A stretch of DNA of 12,195 bases from Methanotrichaceae archaeon (GTDB taxonomy: Archaea; Halobacteriota; Methanosarcinia; Methanotrichales; Methanotrichaceae), in assembly GCA_963754945.1 (NCBI GenBank), contig CAVWIG010000005.1, forward strand, positions 1 through 12,195, given 5' to 3'. Below, piece after piece: positions 1 to 7,102 of this stretch. Every line of letters starts with the position of its first letter. Positions within the stretch are counted from its first letter, which is position 1. Below the pieces are notes generated by a model, which saw only the letters and a list, made by a program, of their open reading frames with translations, had not been told where the DNA came from and did no database searches. A program made the position numbers and the translations under genes.

Positions 1-22
1 ACCTTTGAAAAAATTGTAGATG

Positions 23-1309
23 TCACTCCAGGGTATCATTTCCCTGCATCAATTGGCTGTCCTTCGAAACGACCTTCCCTGCTGATGAATTGTTACTATT
101 TCCGGTAGTGTTTCCACCGACGTTGCTGTAAGTGGAGTTGGCATTCCCCAATCCCACCTTAACCAGCCAAGCGTCCTCTGCCCCAGCTCCGTAGGAGTTG
201 GTTATGCCCGCCACTGCGTAACCTCCATCTCTGCTTTCAACAACGGATGTAGCCATGTCCTGACCTGGTCCGCCAAGGCGCATGCTCCACTGCTCCTCGC
301 CAGAAGCGTCCGTCTTAGCCAACCAGGCATCTCTTCCGGAATCTTTTGATTCAATGTGGCCGGCCAGAACAAACCCGCCGTCTGAGGTTTGCTGGACTGA
401 GATGGAAGAGCTGTCTGGGTCGTAGACCTTCTCCCACTGCTTCTTCCCCCTCAAATCCGTCTTCAACAGAAAGGCTTTCTCGTTGCCGCCTTCGGATGCG
501 GTTCTACCTGTTATGATGTAGCCGCCTAGGGTCTCCAGTACCTGTAAGCCGACGTCGTCCTCAGTACCGCCGAAAGTTCTGTTCCATTGCTCTTTTCCGT
601 CCGAGTCGGTCTTTATCAACCAGATGTCGTCTTTTCCAGAGCCGTAGGATGCCGTCCTTCCAGTCACCGCATACCCGCCGTCTCTGGTCTGGACAACAGA
701 CATTCCCACGTCGTCCTTGGAGCCTCCAAAGGTCCTATCCCACAGCTTCTTTCCTAGTGAGTCTGTTTTGACCAACCAGAGATCCTTTGCCCCTGCTCCG
801 TAGGATCTGGTGTAACCGGTTATGATGTAACCCCCATCTTTTGACTCGTTAACTGACCAAGCGCCGTCACCTGACGATGATACAAAACCTCCAAAGGTCC
901 TGTCCCATAGCTTGGTTCCATTGGAGTCTGTCCTCAGAAGCCAGAGATACTCGCTGCCCATTCCGTAGGACTTGGTCGTGCCGGCGACTACATAGCCGCC
1001 GTCTCTGGTTTGACTGACCGAGTAGCCGACATCCTCCCCCGAACCGCCAAAGGTCTTATCCCATTGCATCTCGCCGGTGGAGTCCACTTTGATCAACCAG
1101 AGGTCGCTGCTCTGTCCTAGAGAAGACGTATATCCGGCCATTACGTAACCTCCATCTCGCGTTCCCTGCAGTGACCAGGCTCCGTCGCCGTAGGGCCCTC
1201 CATAGGTCTTGTTCCATTCCTCCACAGGTTTTGCCGCCAAGGCTGGAGCGATAATACTAGCAAGGAGCATGGACAACACGAGCAATCGAAACAAGCTAAA
1301 ATGGATCAT
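23..1309 (-). CDS. Secreted beta-propeller repeat protein (7 repeats of about 50 aa) with Asn/Ser-rich tail
   Basis: N-terminal signal peptide (LLVLSMLLASIIAPALA). Seven repeats of W-x-K/R-T-F-G-G...D...S-V-x-Q-T-x-D-G-G-Y...G-x-T-x-S-Y-G...D-x-W-L-x-K-T-D-S-x-G. AGAGGTG RBS just upstream of the ATG, 21 nt after the upstream stop codon. Confidence 0.88.
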   Translation of the reverse strand: MIHFSLFRLLVLSMLLASIIAPALAAKPVEEWNKTYGGPYGDGAWSLQGTRDGGYVMAGYTSSLGQSSDLWLIKVDSTGEMQWDKTFGGSGEDVGYSVSQTRDGGYVVAGTTKSYGMGSEYLWLLRTDSNGTKLWDRTFGGFVSSSGDGAWSVNESKDGGYIITGYTRSYGAGAKDLWLVKTDSLGKKLWDRTFGGSKDDVGMSVVQTRDGGYAVTGRTASYGSGKDDIWLIKTDSDGKEQWNRTFGGTEDDVGLQVLETLGGYIITGRTASEGGNEKAFLLKTDLRGKKQWEKVYDPDSSSISVQQTSDGGFVLAGHIESKDSGRDAWLAKTDASGEEQWSMRLGGPGQDMATSVVESRDGGYAVAGITNSYGAGAEDAWLVKVGLGNANSTYSNVGGNTTGNSNNSSAGKVVSKDSQLMQGNDTLE

Positions 1310-1330
1310 TGCACCTCTCTGGTTCCTGGA

Positions 1331-2053
1331 TCATCCCTTGAAGCTGACGCTCTTATGTACGTTGAAGTCGCCGCTCAAGGCCATTCTATCGTTTATTCCG
1401 CTATTCCCAAAGCCCTGCTTGCTGGACTGCATGGACCAGTCGCCATTGAATGAGGCTTGATTATCGGAATGGATTCCCGACTTAGAAATTGAATTGCTCT
1501 GGGAGAGCATCGAACCACGAGAGTCGGAGCTGGTCTTTGAAGTTGAGTTCTTGCCGGGCAGAATGTCTAACGTTTTGTTTTCAAGAGATTGATTGACGTA
1601 GGATGAATTCTCTGAAGAATTCTGTGAAGACGTGAGTCGTGACTGCTCAGCTTCGGACGAGTTAAATTCAGATAGATTGAGTTCTGACGAGTTAATCGCT
1701 CCAGCGTTGGATGCTGGGGATTTGAATGGGATCGGGTTAACGGTGGATGGTGCATCATGGGCGGATTGATTATCAGCAGATCGATTAACGTCGGATGAGT
1801 TGGCACCTGTGACATTAGCATCCAAGCCGTTAGCCGCTCCTTGATTTTCCACATCTGCACCATTATCCTTCCCTTGATTGGCACTGCCTATGATCTGCGC
1901 CATTTTCATCTTGAAATCATTCAGGCCATCGTTCGCGGAATAGAAACTATCAGACGGGCCAGGGCTGGCCATCATGCCTAGACCGTGTACAACCAAAGGT
2001 AAACCCATTAGAACAATGACTGCTCCAACAGCTATCCCCAAAGCTACTCTCAT
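1331..2053 (-). CDS. Secreted or membrane-anchored Ser/Asn-rich hypothetical protein with a C-terminal beta-rich SFNGxW...GxF...K-x-V-x-F module
   Basis: Hydrophobic N-terminus (VALGIAVGAVIVLMGLPLVV), low-complexity middle with 12 N-x-S/T sequons, AAGGTGGGG RBS before the ATG. Likely co-transcribed with 23..1309. Confidence 0.8.
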   Translation of the reverse strand: MRVALGIAVGAVIVLMGLPLVVHGLGMMASPGPSDSFYSANDGLNDFKMKMAQIIGSANQGKDNGADVENQGAANGLDANVTGANSSDVNRSADNQSAHDAPSTVNPIPFKSPASNAGAINSSELNLSEFNSSEAEQSRLTSSQNSSENSSYVNQSLENKTLDILPGKNSTSKTSSDSRGSMLSQSNSISKSGIHSDNQASFNGDWSMQSSKQGFGNSGINDRMALSGDFNVHKSVSFKG

Positions 2054-2088
2054 AACCCCACCTTCATGCTATAGATTATTATCATCGT

Positions 2089-2109
2089 CTGATATAATTG
2101 AACTTTTCC
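2089..2109 (-). promoter_or_regulatory. Putative BRE-TATA promoter for the secreted-protein operon
   Basis: Minus strand reads GGAAAAGTTCAATTATATCAG about 35-55 nt upstream of the ATG at 2053, a purine-rich BRE followed by a TTATAT box. Confidence 0.4.
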
Positions 2110-2186
2110 GTACATCGTCTGTTTGCAGGAAAAATTAGTTATTCGCCGTGGACAGACTTTATCTGTCTGGAAGCCGTCAAATCTAT

Positions 2187-4724
2187 GTGTACCTGGATTA
2201 CTTCCCCTATCAATCGCTGAGGCCATACCAGGACCGAATGCTCGATGCCGTGTATGAAACCATCAGGAACGGAGAACATGGGGTGCTCATGATAGATGCT
2301 CCCACCGGCTGCGGCAAGACGAGCTGCATTTCTGCGGCCATGGCTGCGGCTCCCGGCAAGGTCGTGGTGGCATTGAGGACAGTCTCTCAGATAGGCATCT
2401 ACACCGACGAGATCCAGAAGATATGGTCTCAAACCAGGCATAAACCCGAGATCGCCTACATGGTTGGGAAACAGAAGATCTGTCCAATCGAGGACGAGTT
2501 CAGAGGAGAGAGCGTCTATGCCGGATGTTCTCGGCTCAAAGAATGGACCAAGAACTACATTACAGCCCGCCTAAATAAGAGCCAGAACAGCATCTACGAT
2601 CCTTCCAGGGATAGCATACCCGAGGAGGAGCCAGGTTACAGAACATTCTGTCCTTATTATCTCAAGAGCAGGGAGGGCTTTGAACTCAACGGCCAGGCTC
2701 ACTTCCGCAGATCCGGCCAGGCTCTGGATGTGGTGGAGGCGCTTAAGAAGAAGGTGACTGCTCCAGAGGATCTCGAGAAGATCTGTAAAGGGATCTGCCC
2801 ATACGAGATCATGAGCCTGTATGCCAAAACCAGCAACGTAGTGATAATGAACTACTCTCACCTCTTCAGCCCTGACTTCCAGGACATAATCTTCCAGTGG
2901 CTTGAGATTGAGCCAGAAAAAGTGACCATCATCGTGGACGAAGCTCACAACCTGGGAGATGCTGTTAGGGCCATGAGCTCCAGGGTCCTGACTGTACGCA
3001 TGCTGGACATGTCAGAGAGAGAGGTTGAGAAGTTCGAGGGAACCCTTGGCCAGGCCAGGCTGGAGGAGTCACGAACGGAGGCTTCATGGAGACGAGAGGG
3101 GATCAGGGTCATTCGCACAATCCTTCCAAGGCTGAAGAAGTTCATGACCAGCCGCCTGGCAAGGATGCAGGAGGGCGAAGCCCTTATGGATGCCGATCTC
3201 TTTCGGACTTTCCTTTACGACGGGATCGAGAACAGAGATGAGGCACTCTCTTATTTCTCGGACGTTGCCGTAGCTGTGGCAGAGCTGAAACTGGCCGAAG
3301 GAGATAAGGAGAACCTCCAGGGAGACATCCAGCCAAACCTGGCTATGGTTCTGCTCTTCCTGCGAGACGTCGAAGCGGCGGAAGAGGACCAATCCTACCT
3401 GAGAAAAATAGTGGTGACTGGAAATGGTGACAAAAAGTGGGTCCGCCTGGAGGTCAACAAGATTGACCCTGCCCCCGTCATCAGACGAATTACCGACAAC
3501 GTAAACGCCACAGTGATGCTGAGTGGGACGTTATCGCCGCTTAATGCCTACGAGCTGTACTGCCTTGGGGAAGCGGGCAGGGCAAAGCTGGTCAACCTTC
3601 CAAACCCATTCCCGAAGGAGAACAGGCTTCTTCTTGCAGCAGAAAAGGCCAGCTCTCAGCTCGAGGTGAGGGAGGATGCAGACAACCGCCTGGAGATGAT
3701 CGGCCACATAGAATCCTTGATAGAGTGCGTTCCTGGAAATGTGGCAGTCTTTTTCACATCCTACCCAATGATGAACAACTACCGCGAGGTCTGTTTGGCC
3801 TCCGCTCGAAAGGCGAAAAAGAAGCTCTGTGTCGAGCCCAGGTCCTCTGAAGAAGTTCCCGATCTCCTGGAGGAGTTCTTCGGTCTGGGACGGAAGGGCG
3901 GGGGCGTCCTGTTGGGTGTGTGTGGGGGAAAACTGGCTGAGGGAATAGATTACAAGGGAGAGGCCCTCAACGGCGTGGCCGTGGTCGGACTGCCTCTCGG
4001 GGCCTATGATGAGATCCAGAAGGAGATCAACGCCTATTATACCAGGAAGTACGGGAAGGCAGAGGGAATGCTCATAGCCTACACCCTACCCGCCATAAAT
4101 AGAGGCCTTCAAGCAGCCGGCAGGGTCATAAGGGCGGAGTCCGAGCGAGGTGTGCTGCTGTTCTGCGATAGAAGGTTCAGCGGCGACGGACTGGGAGGTG
4201 TCAAACAGTTTTTGCCGGATTGGGTCCAGCAGGAGCTGGTAGTCGTCGGTGCCGCAAAAGGGAGAGAACTGATAAAGGCAAAGGAGGCTGAGTGGGGTCG
4301 CACAGAACTGCCGAATGCCCGGTGCCAGAGGGCCAGCTTCGAGAACCCTCGGGATTTCCGAAAGGCAGGGAGCGTCAAGGGCGATGGATCTCCCATAAGC
4401 AGGCCGAGGGGCAGCAAAATCCAAGGAAGCAATGCCGTAGATCCAAAAACAGTTGATCCTCTGATTGCCTCCTTCAGAAATAGGGACAAAACCGAACGAA
4501 AAAAGGCTGCGGAGAACCTGGCGAGGATCGGAAGACCCGCAGTTGCTCCGTTGATCTGTGCCCTCGACGATAGGGTAAGCTATGTAAGGGCGTTGGCCGC
4601 CTACGCTCTCGGAAACATTGGAGATCCCAGGGCATTGAAACCTCTGAAAAAGGCACTGCAGGACAAGGACAGCAGCGTTCGAAAAGAAGCGAAAGAAGCC
4701 CTCATCAAGTTGGGAGATCAGTAA
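2187..4724 (+). CDS. XPD/Rad3/DinG-family 4Fe-4S ATP-dependent DNA helicase with C-terminal HEAT (PBS-lyase-like) repeats
   Basis: Q motif FPYQSLRPYQ, Walker A DAPTGCGKT, Fe-S cysteines (KICP, AGCS, FCPYY, ICPYE), IIVDEAHNL, LSGTLSP, AEGIDY, QAAGRVIR. HEAT repeats from about 4452. The ORF opens at GTG 2148, but GTG 2187 (MYLDYFPY) fits the family N-terminus better. Confidence 0.92.
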   Translation: MYLDYFPYQSLRPYQDRMLDAVYETIRNGEHGVLMIDAPTGCGKTSCISAAMAAAPGKVVVALRTVSQIGIYTDEIQKIWSQTRHKPEIAYMVGKQKICPIEDEFRGESVYAGCSRLKEWTKNYITARLNKSQNSIYDPSRDSIPEEEPGYRTFCPYYLKSREGFELNGQAHFRRSGQALDVVEALKKKVTAPEDLEKICKGICPYEIMSLYAKTSNVVIMNYSHLFSPDFQDIIFQWLEIEPEKVTIIVDEAHNLGDAVRAMSSRVLTVRMLDMSEREVEKFEGTLGQARLEESRTEASWRREGIRVIRTILPRLKKFMTSRLARMQEGEALMDADLFRTFLYDGIENRDEALSYFSDVAVAVAELKLAEGDKENLQGDIQPNLAMVLLFLRDVEAAEEDQSYLRKIVVTGNGDKKWVRLEVNKIDPAPVIRRITDNVNATVMLSGTLSPLNAYELYCLGEAGRAKLVNLPNPFPKENRLLLAAEKASSQLEVREDADNRLEMIGHIESLIECVPGNVAVFFTSYPMMNNYREVCLASARKAKKKLCVEPRSSEEVPDLLEEFFGLGRKGGGVLLGVCGGKLAEGIDYKGEALNGVAVVGLPLGAYDEIQKEINAYYTRKYGKAEGMLIAYTLPAINRGLQAAGRVIRAESERGVLLFCDRRFSGDGLGGVKQFLPDWVQQELVVVGAAKGRELIKAKEAEWGRTELPNARCQRASFENPRDFRKAGSVKGDGSPISRPRGSKIQGSNAVDPKTVDPLIASFRNRDKTERKKAAENLARIGRPAVAPLICALDDRVSYVRALAAYALGNIGDPRALKPLKKALQDKDSSVRKEAKEALIKLGDQ

Positions 4725-4787
4725 GCAAAATCGAGAGTAAGAAGCTCGATAGACTAGATGGGTAAGCTAGAATCTAATTTGCAAGCC

Positions 4788-4807
4788 GATTGGTAAAACA
4801 ACCAATC
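4788..4807. terminator. Hairpin between convergent genes, possible terminator
   Basis: GATTGGT-aaaaca-ACCAATC, a perfect 7-bp stem in the gap between the helicase and DUF555 stop codons. Confidence 0.35.
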
Positions 4808-4860
4808 CTGGGCCTTTCGCTCGTAAACGTTTAAGCTAAATGGTTAAGCCAATTCAAGAC

Positions 4861-5205
4861 TTAATCCATCTCCTCGACCTCTAGTACACTGAGGGGAATG
4901 GAACCTAGAGCTTTTCCTATCATCGACTTGGCTATACGTCCTGCGTGCTCCTCGCTTTCGGCGTTGAAGATCTTCATCTCAAACAGCATACCAACAAGGG
5001 CGGTTCCCGCAACGAGAATTACTCCGTCAATATCCTCGCCGCAGTTTGGACAGCTCGACTGGCCGACCTCTACCTCCACGAACTCCATCTTTCTCAGGTT
5101 CAACCTTTTACCCGCTTCGGAAATGGCAACGCCGATGGCGTCGTCCTCAGTCTTGACATCTCTGACCAGCCAGGCACCCTCTAGCAGAACTTTGAAGTTG
5201 GGCAT
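4861..5205 (-). CDS. UPF0212 / DUF555 family archaeal protein
   Basis: MPNFKVLLEGAWLVRDV...DDAIGVAISEAGKRLN...CPNC...ALVG...FNAESEEHAGRIAKS matches the DUF555 family pattern. Start moved from 5295 to ATG 5205 (114 aa). Confidence 0.88.
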   Translation of the reverse strand: MPNFKVLLEGAWLVRDVKTEDDAIGVAISEAGKRLNLRKMEFVEVEVGQSSCPNCGEDIDGVILVAGTALVGMLFEMKIFNAESEEHAGRIAKSMIGKALGSIPLSVLEVEEMD

Positions 5206-5230
5206 CTTGTCTGACGTTAGATGATGTATG

Positions 5231-5245
5231 ATATCTATCTTTTCG
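5231..5245 (-). promoter_or_regulatory. Putative BRE-TATA promoter for a leaderless DUF555 transcript
   Basis: Minus strand CGAAAAG-ATAGATAT ends about 26 nt upstream of ATG 5205. Confidence 0.4.
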
Positions 5246-5303
5246 ATGAAGAATTGGGTTTGGAGAAGAAAGTCAGCGCAAAACGGAGTTAACAATCCTT
5301 TAG

Positions 5304-6116
5304 CTATATCTCACCCAAAATCCGGAAGATTCTCGTCAGTTTATCGTAAGTAAATACAGGGCCGTCCTGGCAGGCGTGGTATGGGCCGATCATGCAGTGC
5401 TCGCACTTGCCTACTCCGCACTTCATATGCCGCTCCATAGAGACGTAGATGTCAGAGTGGTCGAAGCCCCTCTCCTTCATGAGCTTGGCTGCCACTGCAT
5501 TGATCATAACCGGCGGGCCGCAAATGGCCGCCGATCCGCCGTAGATCTCGAACTTGTCCATCAGGGAAGTGACCAGACCCACGTTCCCCTTCCATCTCTC
5601 GTCCCCGATATCCACTGTGATCCCCACATCTATGCCTGCACGCTTCCAGCCTTTGTACTCCTGCATGAAGTAAAGGTCGTGCCGTGTCCTTGCACCGTAG
5701 GCAACAGCAGCCTTCCCGAACTCGCTTCGCCGGTCAACGATATAGTTTATGAGCGAGCGTAGAGTGGCAAAGCCGGAGCCACCGCCGGCAATCAAGATGT
5801 CCTTTTTCATCTCCTTCAAGGGAAAACCATTTCCACATGGTCCCCTGATGCCGAGGACGTCCCCGATCCGGCTGTCCATTATGCCGTTCGTAATCCTTCC
5901 GGCCCTTCGTATGCAGAGCTGCAGAGAGTTTCTTGTGGGCGTAGAGGTTATGGATATCGGACACTCTCCCAAGCCCATCACAGAGACCATGACGAACTGG
6001 CCCGGGGTATAGCTGAAATCCACATCGTCCAGCAGCTTGAGGGATATCAGGTAGGTGTTGGAAGACTCTACATCGATGTCCACAATCTCAGCCTGCATAG
6101 GGATGTACTGGTTCAC
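5304..6116 (-). CDS. FAD/NAD(P)-binding 2Fe-2S oxidoreductase subunit (AsrB / sulfhydrogenase gamma HydG / FlxA-like)
   Basis: PGQFVMV, PISITS, RGPCGNGF, AGGGSGFATLRS, YGART, ICGPPVM, ERHMKCGVGKCEHC...CQDGPVF. GTG 6116 overlaps the upstream TGA (GTGA) with GGAGG before it. The ORF opens at 6170. Confidence 0.9.
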   Translation of the reverse strand: MNQYIPMQAEIVDIDVESSNTYLISLKLLDDVDFSYTPGQFVMVSVMGLGECPISITSTPTRNSLQLCIRRAGRITNGIMDSRIGDVLGIRGPCGNGFPLKEMKKDILIAGGGSGFATLRSLINYIVDRRSEFGKAAVAYGARTRHDLYFMQEYKGWKRAGIDVGITVDIGDERWKGNVGLVTSLMDKFEIYGGSAAICGPPVMINAVAAKLMKERGFDHSDIYVSMERHMKCGVGKCEHCMIGPYHACQDGPVFTYDKLTRIFRILGEI

Positions 6117-7102
6117 CGAATCGCCTCCAGCTTCCATCTGTCGATCTCTGCCAAACAGACCCGTTCGCATCTTCCACAGCCAACGCAGCCGGGAAGGCCT
6201 GTCTTCTGTGGAATGTACTCGAACTTGTCCAGGTACCAGTTGTGCATTCTCTCTCCAGGAGTTCTACGCGGGTTGGCACCGCTGGTCATCCTGGAAAAGC
6301 CCGAAAGGATGCAGGTGTCTCTGCACCTCACTCTTTCCCCGTCTGGAATGCCCAGGTCTACGATGTTGAAGCAGTGGCATACCGGGCAGACAAATGTGCA
6401 TCCTCCGCAGCTTAAGCATTCTCTGCCGAGCGTTTCCCAGTCAGCCGCCAATATTATGTCCTGCATCTTCTGAAGGGAGATGTCCGATCGGGTCTTGACC
6501 TGTTCTTCAGCCGCCTTCATGAGCCTGTCTCTCTCCTTTAGTTGTGCTTCTGTCGCATCCAGGAAGAACTCGGGATGATCGCTGAGCATCAAAATGCCCG
6601 CGGGCGAACCGGCCTCGACCAGGTATCCCTCTCCGATCTCCGTGATGAGCAGGTCGTATTCGTCTTTTACTTCCGGTCCTGATCCGAGCTGGGAACATCG
6701 ACAGCCTTCTTGGGGTTTAGAACAGTTCATCGCCGCCATTAGCGTCGATCTCCTGCGGTTCAGATAATGATGGTCGCGGGGGTCCGATCCGAATATTCTG
6801 TCCAGGACAGAGGCAGCCCGCAGATCGCACGGCCTGATGCCAAACATCAATCGTGACATAGGCTGCTCCTCCTCAAAGGTGTATCTTCCGCTCTCCTGGA
6901 CGTATTTGAAAAGGGTCTCTCTCTGGGGAAAGAGGAACTCTGCTGGTGGATTGAGGGGATTCTCATCCAAGGCAAGGGGTTGGCCTGTCCAGGTGCAAAA
7001 GACGCTTTCTCCGTTGGCCAACACAGGAGCCACCACCTCTAGCTTTCTGCTGATCTCTGTCAGGAATGGGACCAGCTTATCCCTGGACAGCAAGGCCTTC
7101 AT
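6113..7102 (-). CDS. 4Fe-4S dicluster subunit (AsrA / sulfhydrogenase beta HydB / FlxB-like)
   Basis: FGIRPCD, NCSKPQEGCRC, CLSCGGCTFVCPVCHC and CVGCGRCERVC motifs. The ATG directly follows the fdh TAG, with a GGAGG RBS inside the fdh 3' end. Confidence 0.9.
   Translation of the reverse strand: MKALLSRDKLVPFLTEISRKLEVVAPVLANGESVFCTWTGQPLALDENPLNPPAEFLFPQRETLFKYVQESGRYTFEEEQPMSRLMFGIRPCDLRAASVLDRIFGSDPRDHHYLNRRRSTLMAAMNCSKPQEGCRCSQLGSGPEVKDEYDLLITEIGEGYLVEAGSPAGILMLSDHPEFFLDATEAQLKERDRLMKAAEEQVKTRSDISLQKMQDIILAADWETLGRECLSCGGCTFVCPVCHCFNIVDLGIPDGERVRCRDTCILSGFSRMTSGANPRRTPGERMHNWYLDKFEYIPQKTGLPGCVGCGRCERVCLAEIDRWKLEAIR

Noticed and set aside
4730-4750. ATCGAG-N9-CTCGAT hairpin after the helicase stop codon
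   Set aside because: A 6-bp stem with a large loop is expected by chance.
5206-5295. N-terminal extension of the DUF555 ORF (likewise 6117-6170 and 12094-12114 in other ORFs)
   Set aside because: Family N-termini, RBS or promoter placement and stop-start overlap favour the downstream starts.
5304-7102. Calling these genes true sulfite reductase (asrAB) or hydrogenase subunits
   Set aside because: No AsrC or NiFe large/small subunit is adjacent, and the genes are coupled to fdh instead.
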